A stretch of DNA of 64,000 nt from assembly GCA_965235115.1 (NCBI GenBank), contig OZ249436.1:11596001-11660000 (forward strand), read 5' to 3'. Shown here piece by piece: positions 40,681 through 52,089 of this stretch. The notes under the pieces were generated by a model that had not been told where the DNA came from, did no database searches, and saw only the letters and a program-made list of their open reading frames with translations. Every line of letters starts with the position of its first letter. The stretch's first letter is position 1. Both the position numbers and the translations under genes were made by a program. Source of the DNA: Laetmonice hystrix (taxonomy: Eukaryota).

Positions 40681-41462
40681 TATATGAGCGGCAGGACCAA
40701 AAACATGGCTATGTCTTGTCGTTCTCTCCTTAAGTCAGTGTATCAATTTCTTTACCCGATGTCCCGCAGAGGAAGGGTGCACAAATTGTATGTACATACT
40801 GACAAAAGAAATATTTCATTATCCTTGCCTATTGTTTGATAATTGGTTCCCTTTCCCGATTCGGAAGACACCTCGTGATCAATCGTGAAAACATATACAT
40901 GTATCAGTAATACTGAATGTTCGCATAATTAAAAGTAGAAATAAAGTCTAGTTACAAATAGGCTTGGTCGTGTCGAGTTTTTACAGGTTGAAAATGTATT
41001 CGAACTTCACACAGGAGTGATATGTATGTACGTAGAAACGATACTCATGAACTGGCAAATAGGCAATACAGGGTCCGAATGCTGCCGGCTTTTATGACCG
41101 GCCTTTCTCTTCACCGTGAGGGGTAAACGCTGAAGCATAACTCTATCCTTCTACTTAACTTTCACCTGCTGAAAAAACCTGCATAAGTCTTACTTGTAAT
41201 CGAATCACCGTATGTGTATCACACAACATCTGAATATCCTCCTCAATCCTCTAGTAGTCCTCTTATTTCCTCTGTTCAACATTTTGGTCTTTCCAAATCA
41301 AAGGATACAAACGAATGCCACCACTCATGAGACTCAAAAAGCTATTTCCCGCATAAAAAGGTCCATAATAAATTAAAACGTCACTAAACACTGCATAAAA
41401 AGAGGTGCCTAAGAATGGATTTCCCAACCAGATCATTTAAAAACTACAATTTCCTTTTTATA

Positions 41463-41714
41463 CAGGGTGTTTCAAAATGGGGAACCGGGACTATAGTGCT
41501 GATTACAACAACAAGTACATAACATTTGAGGACAAAAGCAACCAGCTGAATATTTCTGTTTTTTGTCCAATCATACCACAAACATTTGATTCCGAACACT
41601 AATTCCGTTAAGACATCGCGTCTAAAGCGCCATTGTTTTCGACTTGCAAGTCAGAACTATGCAACGTGCACCCAGCATAAAGTCAGAGACGTTGTCCCTT
41701 TTTGAAAGACCCTG
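41463..41714. mobile_element. Tc1/mariner-like MITE
   Basis: TA|cagggtgtttcaaaa ... ttttgaaagaccctg|TA. Confidence 0.8.
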
Positions 41715-42448
41715 TATAAACTGGAAGCCTACAGAATATGAAGCCTATAAATAAAAAAGGTTAACTTTTCTAACGTTTACCTGGCTTGGATAAATGCCAA
41801 TACTTTACATTACTGGTTACGCCTTTCTAATGTTTTCCTTGGCACAAGAAAACAACTTCTGGCAAATATAAACTGCAGGAGTCAGTACTCCGTCTCTGCT
41901 TAGCTCAATTTGGGACGCTTAGAATTTGTCTGCAGGGTGGACTGAACTGCTGTCTGCGGTTTTGTTATTAGCTGCTCAGCCAGCTGATAATTATCGACTT
42001 GCTGAACGTATCGTTTATGACCTTGTATTCCTGTGATCCTTCAAGGCTACGCCTTACAAAGGAATCTGCTTCATCAGAAATGAAATATTTTCCACCTTCT
42101 TCGCCTCTCTGAACTTTTAATTCTCTGACTTATTATGATTTGGATTGTAGCATATATGTTTAATGCTTAAGAAAGTAGATATATATCTATCAAGTTCGTC
42201 TTAGAGTTGCCGCATAACTGAGAAACGCATAACTGACGTCACGGCTAAGGTCTTGGGGTGTGTACTTCTGTAAGATTGGTTACAAACTCGAAACGAACTT
42301 TTAAAAAACCGCTATCAAAGCATTTAAAAATTGCTATTATCTAAAATCATAGATGTGCTGGTCTTATCTTTAAGCTATGGCATCCGATTGCTATTTTGCA
42401 GGAAATGCAGGAAATAGAGTCTGATATCCCGGAACAGTATCACCAAAA

Positions 42449-42632
42449 TAGGCGCGTCCAGGAATGTTCGCAGGGGGTGGGGGTGGGGGTGGGGGTGGGG
42501 TCGACGATGTGGCGGTCAAAGCCCCACATCAGGAGCGCCAAAGGCGTGCGTCAATATCAACCTAAAGAATTGGGGGCTCTGAGCAGGTGGGGCTGACCCC
42601 CGACCCCCCCCCCCCCTCCGGATAAGCGCCTG
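42449..42632. mobile_element. hAT-like MITE containing a (GGGGGT)n G-quadruplex-forming tract
   Basis: Ends taggcgcgtccagga / tccggataagcgcctg; G-runs at 42473-42500. Confidence 0.6.
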
Positions 42633-43343
42633 AAAAGGTAACACAACTTCAATAATTAACTCGTTTTCTTTCCATTTCTAAATCCTGCCTATTGATACAA
42701 TGCGTAGTATTGACACCATGCCAACTGAGAAAAAGTATTAGAATCCGTTTTTTAGGGATCTCAACATCAACTGCGACGCGGCAAGTAACAGTATCCGTAA
42801 ATTACCCAAGGCGATCTTAAAGTATCACACTGGCCCTGGCCGCTCTTCAACTATTTAATCGATCCAATCATTATTGTACAGTTAAACTTAATTTTGATAA
42901 CATTTTGTCAGATTTATACCCAATTTAACCCCAATTGGTGCAGGCCCGTAGCCAGCCTTCCAGGTGTGTGTGTGTGTTGGGGGGGGGGGGGTGTCTGAAC
43001 TTGGATGGGCGGGCCAAATGAGTCCATCACGAGCGACGAAGGCGCTGGGGTAGCTAAGGGGTCCGGGGCATCCTCCCCCGGTCAAACCATCCCCACCCCT
43101 GGGGCCTGTGTCATTATGACTGGGATGAAAAGTCAGCCAGACAGTTGTAGGGTGTGTGTGTTTGTGTGAAAAGTCGCCTCCTTCAAGTCGCACTTCCATA
43201 CAGTAAAATTTGAATTGTTCTTTGACACAATTCAGCGATGTGACGTTTCTATCAAGTGAAACCATATATGCTCTATTCAGGTCATCCCTCTACACATCTG
43301 AAGAATATCTGGTAGACTTCAGCAGGGAAACATAACAACTTAC

Positions 43344-43447
43344 TTCTGCATGTCCTTGAAGTTGATTTCTACCACTTCATAGGGATCGGCGGCAGACAGA
43401 GCTGACTTGACCAGCCCTGACACCATGCTGGTGAATGACTTCAACAT
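43344..43447 (-). CDS. PLA2G6: PLA2G6/iPLA2-beta first coding exon (MLKSFTSMVSGLVKSALSAADPYEVVEINFKDMQ-K)
   Basis: ATG at 43447 in a GCATCATG context; 104 nt ending AA|GTAAGT (phase 2). The peptide resembles the recalled human N-terminus [27 protein letters not shown]. Possible upstream acceptor TAG at 43486-43484. Not in the ORF track because it is too short. Confidence 0.85.
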
Positions 43448-44000
43448 GATGCTTGGTCTCACTGGCTCCCGACTACTGTACCTCTACACGTTAGAACATC
43501 AGAAAAACACAATATTTATTCAGCCATCCACATGCAGCCAGATAAAAAACAAATTTTGGTAGTGACTGAATTAACACGTTCTTTTTCGATCCCAATATTT
43601 TTTTACATTAGTCCCAGAGGTCAATGCTTACAAATTGCTAGCATATTTTGTTAGACTACCTGAACAAATCCTTGAAATTGTTTCTCACCAAATACATGTG
43701 GGGCAAAAATGGCGAAACTGTTTTGATGTTGATTGTAAAACACGTACAAATGCCCCAGCAATAAAAAATCGCTTCATTGTGGGCAAGTTTCTGTACACTT
43801 TGACACCCAATGGAGTTTTAAAGTTATAATTCGCTTATACTTAAATACAAGCCACCATCACAGTACAAAATATGAACGCACCGTGTTGTCCTGTGGCACC
43901 TCAGCGGAGACCTGTAATGAACAGAACGGCGAATATTAGACTGGACAAGATCACCAAAACAAAGTGTGGTCAGACCGAATGTTTGACACAGGTGGATATC

Positions 44001-45413
44001 AGTCCACTGATCACAGACACACATACCCTTGATACCCTGACAAACACTAAGTCCACTGATCACAGACACACATACCCTTGATACCCTGACAAACACTGAG
44101 TCCACTGATCACAGACACACATACCCTTGATACCCTGACAAACACTGAGTCCACTGATCACAGACACACATACCTTGATACCCTGACAAACACTGAGTCC
44201 ACTGATCACAGACACACATACCCTTGATACCCTGACAAACACTGAGTCCACTGATCACAGACACACATACCCTTGATACCCTGACAAACACTGAGTCCAC
44301 TGATCACAGACACACATACCCTTGATACCCTGACAAACACTGAGTCTACTGATCACAGACACACATACCCTGATACCCTGACAAACACTGAGTCCACTGA
44401 TCACAGACACACATACTCTTGATACCCTGACAAACACTGAGTCCACTGATCACAGACACACATACCCTTGATACCCTGACAAACACTGAGTCCACTGATC
44501 ACAGACACACATACCTTGATACCCTGACAAACACTGAGTCCACTGATCACAGACACACATACCCTTGATACCCTGACAAACACTGAGTCCACTGATCACA
44601 GACACACATACCCTGATACCCTGACAAACACTGAGTCCACTGATCACAGACACACATACCTTGATACCCTGACAAACACTGAGTCCACTGATCACAGACA
44701 CACATACCTTGATACCCTGACAAACACTGAGTCCACTGATCACAGACACACATACCCTTGATACCCTGACAAACACTGAGTCCACTGATCACAGACACAC
44801 ATACCCTGATACCCTGACAAACACTGAGTCCACTGATCACAGACACACATACCTTGATACCCTGACAAACACTGAGTCCACTGATCACAGACACACATAC
44901 CCTGATACCCTGACAAACACTGAGTCTACTGATCACAGACACACATACCTTGATACCCTGACAAACACTGAGTCCACTGATCACAGACACACATACCCTT
45001 GATACCCTGACAAACACTGAGTCCACTGATCACAGACACACATACCCTGATACCCTGACAAACACTGAGTCCACTGATCACAGACACACATACCTTGATA
45101 CCCTGACAAACACTGAGTCTACTGATCACAGACACACATACCCTTGATACCCTGACAAACACTGAGTCCACTGATCACAGACACACATACCCTTGATACC
45201 CTGACAAACACTGAGTCCACTGATCACAGACACACATACCTTGATACCCTGACAAACACTGAGTCCACTGATCACAGACACACATACCCTTGATACCCTG
45301 ACAAACACTGAGTCCACTGATCACAGACACACATACCTTGATACCCTGACAAACACTGAGTCCACTGATCACAGACACACATACCCTTGATACCCTGACA
45401 AACACTGAGTCCA
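44001..45413 (+). repeat. 48/49-bp minisatellite, 29 copies plus 6 bp
   Basis: Unit agtccactgatcacagacacacata(ccctt/cctt/ccct)gataccctgacaaacactg, counted unit by unit. Explains all the VCVSVISGLSVCQGIK ORFs. Confidence 0.98.
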
Positions 45414-48400
45414 TTTCACAAAAAAATATAGCTAAAATAATACACGCTGACTGAGTTACCGGTATCTGATGTTTTAGATGAATATTATTCTTCTAAACTA
45501 CGAGCACTCTTCATCGCACAGCTGCTCCTGATTATTACTCCACTAAAGTACTAAGGCCAAAGGGTTCTAAAGGGAAAAACAGAATTATAATGATCCAATA
45601 TACCGTTCTGCTTCGTTGACCGGCATAGACACCAGTTACAATAGGCAGTTATTACCTGAACTAGCAGCAATGATAATTACACGGTATGTATACATTCCCT
45701 TTTGAAACAAGTTTGCAAACTTCTGCTATAACTACGGGCCAATACTTTTCACGTGTGAGGGCAGATGCATATGGTGGCACACTTGAGGATATATAAAGTA
45801 GATGAACGGCTGTTTTTGATTATCCAATTTTATGCAGGTGATGATGTGTTCTTGGTATTGCTCTGTGCAGATATTGTCGGCCAACCATACATTACCCCTC
45901 ATTACTCTGTTACCAATCGTTTGGTAATTGCCCATGTACATTGAGCTGAGCAGGCGTGTGACACGACACCAAATGACGAAACCAATAGCGCAACGGCTAA
46001 GGTGACGCTTACACAACAGACGAAGCCAACAAAAAAAATTTGCAAAGACATCTGACGAGGGAGACAGACACATGATTGGGAACACGGAGGCATTTAAAAC
46101 ACTTGCCAGTTTACAAGTACGTTGATGTTTCACAAAGAAAACAGCGAACTATCAAAGACTCTCATTCTCTCCAGGGCAGACTGTCAGTGAACGAGGTTGT
46201 GAATCTAGTGAACAATTGGGCTGACTCCACATCACTTTAAACTAACACGCTTGATTTTAAAATACGAATATATATGCACAGAGAAGCTATTTCCGCGCGA
46301 AATTAATAGTCAATGAATAAATATGGGAATATTTCGCATACGGACACAAATATAATAGAGAAATTTCTCATACTGCGGGAAGGCTCAGAACACTTGCCTT
46401 CTTCTTTCAGTATCAGGTCTTTTATTTAAGAAAGAACCTTTTTGTTGTTTGTTGCCTGTCAGCATCTAGTTTCAAGTATCAATTACAATGTATAGTGCTT
46501 TGAGCATACGATTTTTTTACCCCAAACAATCTATTATCTAATATCTAATTGAGTTGACAACGGTCTCGATACCGTGACCATAATCTTTTAATTTTGTTAG
46601 TTTGAAACGACACTGGCTATCATTTGTTACAAACGTCAAGCGCACATACGGATGCATACAATTCACCCAAGTATTAATTATTATTTAAGACACCGACACT
46701 CGACCTTCAATCCAGATCTTCGGAACCAAAACGTATGTGCTACTTCCAATATAGGCCTGCCAACATGGCATTTGATTATGAAACTATTCTGTCCATTCTT
46801 CTGGGTACAAATCTGGGTAAATCTGCGATAATCTGGATAACTTGTCTGTCCATTCTTAATGGGAAAATCTGTGTAAATCCGCCCAAAACGATTCTTTAAT
46901 TAATTTGTCATGGCTCTTCAGTAGGAAAGCAACAGGTAAGCAATTAAAAAATCTGCCACTATGGTCATTTAATGTGACAAATCAGTGTTTTACACCTGGC
47001 ATCAGCTGTCAAAAATAAATCAACACATAATTAAAGACAAAACACCTGGGCAATACAATGAAATAATATCTTGCTTCACTGCAAGTAGCGAGATTCCATC
47101 AAAGAGCCCATTTATCCCGTTGGAACCTTCCAAGCATAAGGTCGTGTTTGATTTTTGTTTGATTAACGAATTGTCCCTTTGAATGAGCGACGTTTCTGTG
47201 CCCAGTTACAATGTTTAAAAACTCCAATGTTAAGATGTCTATTACCTTTACCTTCTACCAGCGACACGGGGTTATCTCTACGATCTTTCTTTAGTTTGAA
47301 CGTCATGCGGTGTAATTATTCCCTTGACTAATCCAGATAACAAGAAAAGAAACCACGAATACACAAAAACGGCCTCACACCATCACCTAGAATATTAGGC
47401 CTTTCTCCCAAACTACCAAGTTTAAGAAACATACAATAATGACATAATGTTAAGTCTATCACGGCTTTCTCTTCGGTTGCAAGCGTAAACTAGGCCTCTT
47501 GGTGACAATCATCAGTATATTTGTTGTTTGCAGCATTTCCTGACGTATTTACGCCTAATACCGATGCATGAATAACTTTTATGTACCTTTGTTTTTTTCT
47601 CTACACCTTTATTCAATTACCTCTAACACTTACAGTGTCACATCATCCTGAAATGCTCATCTATCTACTTGAGTTATCTACAGACATCATTGTTACTGCT
47701 GACGAGAATGTCACACATGACGGAATAAGTTTCATGACATACCCTAAGGTAATACAAGGCAGCCCTAGATGGTGCCTGAAGCTGTAATTATTACTACCAT
47801 GTCTTTCGTTTTACATGTATCTTCTTTATAAGGATCAGGAGCTGACGGCTTAATGTGCACTAACTGGGCTACTTGACCTGGCTGGTTTGGAATCAGTCAC
47901 AACCACCCAATGGAATGCACTAAGACACAATAATTAATGAAAATCGGGAGAAACATTTCCTTAACTTCCCTACCAACCAACCCACTCTTTTCAATCCACA
48001 AAATCTTTTAATTGCAGTACTTGCGCGTTCCCAAGTATCCAACGTGTTTCATATTTGGTTAAACCTGTTTAACACTTCGTACCTGACTACATTTGTACCT
48101 GCAACTGTCGTGCTGGCAAAAGTCCGAGTCCAGCTTTAAACTCCCCCACAGCAAAATTTCCAGATGGGGGTTGGCCTCACACTTAATACATACATGTATC
48201 TAAATTTGTATTTGTATGATACTTTGTATGAATCCTTTTAAAACTAGAGAATGCTTCCACTCATTACTTTAGTTTGGGTATATCCTTTCGGAATCTTTGA
48301 GAAAAGTCGGATATTTTCCATTGAATTGAAAAAGACGACGATCTGTTAGCTGGTTTGGTTTGGGTATTTTGGTCATTAGTGGCAGGGAAACGCTAATATT

Positions 48401-48846
48401 TGTGATATATGTTGGCCAACTACTAGATGATCATAAATCATAAAGAGGAAAACCTATTTTTCAATACTTTCTGCGCATTATCGTATTTAACCTTCCTTTC
48501 AGTTAAAATGAAACCGTAAACAGAGCAGTGTTGATCTATGTACAAACCAGGTAAAGCGTAACGGTATGAGACTGACTGGTTGGTCTTTTCATAATGCAAA
48601 ACGTCTGACATGAGAAAATTCAGGCCTGGCAAGTGGCAAAGGTAGGCGTGTCGGGATTCATGACATTCTTGTCAATATCACTGGTGCGATGCCCCTGCCC
48701 CAAAATATGCCTTAAAATCGTGTGAACGTTTCAGTTTTGAACAATGTGACGTTCCCTCTATAATAAGCTTCAACTTCAAGGGACTTAGTCACCTGCTGAT
48801 ATAAGATCTATACAGAGGCAGTGTCTTGTCTTGGGGAGGGGGGGGG

Positions 48847-49130
48847 GGTGGCCAAGCGATTAGAGACTCTGTTCGAGAGCCAGATCAAGCTAGTGCATGT
48901 CCTCGCGGGTTCGAATCCTCCCCCAGCTCGGCCCCCAGGGGGGTTATCGAGGTTGGGACTCGCTGTGTCTGATCAGTGTTGCACGTAAAAGAACCCTTGC
49001 TACTTATTGATAAGAGTAGAGCCTGAGCCCGGTAGGCGGGTGTTTCCTGTATCATCTCAATCTCATAATCATCACCAGACAGAAATAATGAAAAGAAAGG
49101 AAATTGTTCCCGTCCTAAAGATTGTCGGAC
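48847..49130 (+). mobile_element. tRNA-derived SINE with Deu/Nin-domain-like core
   Basis: A-box TGGCCAAGCGA (48849-48859), B-box GGTTCGAATCC (48908-48918), then gcacgtaaaagaaccc...aagagtag...cccggt, resembling the recalled Deu-domain. Confidence 0.7.
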
Positions 49131-49287
49131 CAGGCCGGTAGCTAGCCCATAATGTTGGGTGGGGCACATTTTCAAATTCTGGACCTTTTTCAACAAAGGA
49201 TTAAAGGAAAACCATAATATAAGATTTAGAACCAAAACTGCATGAATAACTGCATAAATATTGGCTGACATCTTGTCCAACATACTA

Positions 49288-49410
49288 TGAAGCGATCATC
49301 TCTTGGCTGGTTGTTGACCTGGCATTGACTTGAACAACCAATGAGGTTCATCACCTGGTGAATTTCATTGGCTGTTCAAGTCAATTCCAGGTCAACAACC
49401 AGCCATAGAT
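49288..49410. mobile_element. Solo central hairpin of the Kolobok-like foldback family
   Basis: gaagcgatc..tggctggttgttgacctg..cttgaacaaccaatga..ttcatca..tgaatttcattggctgttcaagtcaa..ccaggtcaacaaccagcca matches 36176-36313. Confidence 0.85.
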
Positions 49411-50885
49411 CTACATAGGCAAGCTCATATTGAAATCTAGAACTGTAAGAGCAAAAAGGGTAGTGCCTCATCAAACCTTTGACGCTTGTATAGCCTACAC
49501 AATATTATAATATTATTCAAACATATTAATGTTTGATTATTAAGTTTCTGAAATAGGCGTTCTTAGAAACAAGCAAGGTCACTTATAAGTTATTTCACCA
49601 ATGGGTCAGATCCACCAACAGTGCAGGCACCTAACCCATCAGCCGATGGGTCAGACCCAACGGTGGATCATCCACCGGGCACCCATCAGCCAATGGGCAA
49701 CCCGCCGCTCGATCGACTGATGGGTCAGGCCCATCAGCTGATGGGCCAGATCGACCCGATGGTGCATAACAGAATAAATAGGGATGGCCTGAACAAGAGT
49801 TGGAATTCAATTACGGTAAATCAACTGAGTGCCTGGTATACAATCTAAATATCCTAAGTGATCTATTCTAATGATTTTGGAAACATGAGACTGATTTACT
49901 CCCTGCATACCAATCTATAAATAAACAATAGTTATTTCGTAAACAACACCATGGTGTAAGTCCGCTGTTGTTCAAAGTTCAAAATAAAAATTAGTATTAA
50001 AGTTAATCGGGAAGCAAAACTCAAATGGCGAGTAAAAACTTAAATGGGCATCCGGTTTATTTAATGTCCAACTACACATAAGAAAATGTGTAATGGTCAA
50101 CTTCGTTAATCTGCTCATTAATTATGCAAGAACACTTTTCAAACACGCTTAAGTCTAAGTTTCACTCATATCTACTCAGCTAAGGCATATTATACAAGAG
50201 TTGAGTCGATCTGAGTGAAAGTTAGACTTAAGTATGTTCGAGAAACCGGGCCCAGAAATATAACAAATGCCATAACAATCCTTGTATGCCATAGGTTATC
50301 TAACTGTCCCTGTATGAGCTCTTACTTTGAAATTTAATAGATTTCTAAGAATGCAAGTGAAATGACTTCAATTAATGTTCCCTTTCCCCTGCACAAGGTC
50401 AGGAGCATGGATGCTGGACATGATAAAAATAGATACAGACAGGATGTAGCAGTATTGTATGACCATAATGATGCCAGTGTGGGCTGACTGAGGTACCATA
50501 GTTATATGGTTTCCTCAGCAGACCCTACCTGCTGACCCTCCGATTCTAAATTTGGACAAATTTGCAGTTACTGCAGTGTGGCTTTTCAGGGCAGAAATAC
50601 TGTACATAGTTGGTTGGCAGCCAACCATACCAGGTTGGCAGGTACTAAGACTATGTCTGACTATGAATATGAAAACTCAGAGTCAGAAAAGTTATTGGCA
50701 GTGTATATTTAGCCAGCAACATCTAAATAAGATTATCTTAGTTTGACTAATTACCGAATGCAAACAAATTGCCTGGGTTAGGGTCAGGGACAGGCCTAGG
50801 GTTAGTGTTATTTTTGTCTCAAACTGGGTGTTAATTAGATATTAGTGGGCTATTATAGTAGCCATAGTAGAGCATTACACAATAG

Positions 50886-51029
50886 GACTGCAGTATCTGC
50901 AAAATTGTGAAATTGAGAAAATCAACCCTAAGGCTAAACTAAAGGTTATCCCTCTGCTATAAAGTATTTGAACGACTTTCTTAAGTAGTTCTAATAACTT
51001 AATTTCACAATTTTGCAGATACTGCAGTC
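50886..51029. mobile_element. Short unclassified TIR element with a 29-bp perfect inverted repeat
   Basis: gactgcagtatctgcaaaattgtgaaatt (50886-50914) and its reverse complement (51001-51029). A degenerate third copy lies near 50558-50576, with telomere-like ggttaggg/aacccta motifs nearby. Confidence 0.75.
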
Positions 51030-52089
51030 TCTCTTGGGAGGGCAGTAATGGTCACAAGACCCCGCCGAATGCTGGCTCAATATACACTGCCAGCAAAGAA
51101 AGAGTGATTTCATGCAAGCCACAGTCTGCCAGGCTGTGAAAAGATTTTGTCCAAGTTCCAACCAGTATTCTTCAGAAATTACTGATTAGGTACAGCTATG
51201 TTGTAATATTAAATTCTCTTGGCATAACCACACTAGAAACACAACATCTGACCACATATACAGCTACAATACTAATGCCAATCAACCGTCTGGAGAGCTT
51301 TACAACAGAGAATCCCATTTTGACAGTTCGCAATATAACCCTATTATCGCCCACATAAACATCCAACATCAGCACATGCACACAACGTAATTCTCACCCT
51401 GTGGAACGTGTATCCGCTCGCCTCTAATTTTTACTTGCTGTATGATCTGCCATGTTACTATCATTCACCTAGAACTGTGATACAAACACATATCTTCTTT
51501 ACAATTTGAAGCTGAACATGATGAGCACTCCTCACTCAGTTGAGCGTGCGCTTCGACGGCCGACCAGATGAAGGACCTTGACCTTTGACCCAGATATGGA
51601 TTGGGGCAGCAAGCAACACGCCAACATTGTGACAGGGACAGGGAGCGTCAAACAAAGGACGGCGAAGTTCTTTAAAGAGTAGCTTCCAATCCTTTTCACG
51701 GTGAGTATGTACACTATTTACAATTACAAGACTCCCCGAGAGAAAATACAAATGTTGCATCCCTATAAATATTCTTATTCGGCTTAGTAAGAATGGAAAG
51801 TTCGCCAGGGGGCAGGGGCAGCCAGCGACACCAGCACCGCGATGGGAGCATGGCACAAAGCGCTGAGTCATCTTTTTCGACCTACACAGGCTACAGCAAT
51901 AAACAGGTTGAGTCATCACTGATTTCTTGGTAGGCTCTAAACCCAAGCGTCAGAAATTGGACAATGTTGCTGTGCCGGTATAACAAGTACAAGTTGCCTC
52001 AAGCTCAGTCGTTAGTAATTGATAACTTGTGTTGTCGGTGACGTAGGTAAGCAGTCGCCGGATTTTAGTTAGGCTAATGAAATTACGCG

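Noticed and set aside
44001..45413. CRISPR array, or a Cys/Val-rich repeat protein (VCVSVISGLSVCQGIK ORFs)
   Set aside because: The units are head-to-tail with no unique spacers, there are no cas genes, and the context is eukaryotic. The 48/49-bp alternation shifts frame constantly, so the ORFs are repeat artefacts.
48847..48925. Functional tRNA gene
   Set aside because: A and B boxes are present, but I could not build a cloverleaf, and the sequence continues into a SINE core without a poly-T terminator.
49601..49763. Mini CRISPR-like repeat-spacer pattern
   Set aside because: Only three imperfect 16-bp palindromes, the spacers share sequence with each other, and no associated genes are present.
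51512..51700. Plus-strand exon ending in CG|GTGAGT
   Set aside because: Stops occur in the frames examined, the acceptor is weak and no partner exons were found; it is unsupported without transcript data.
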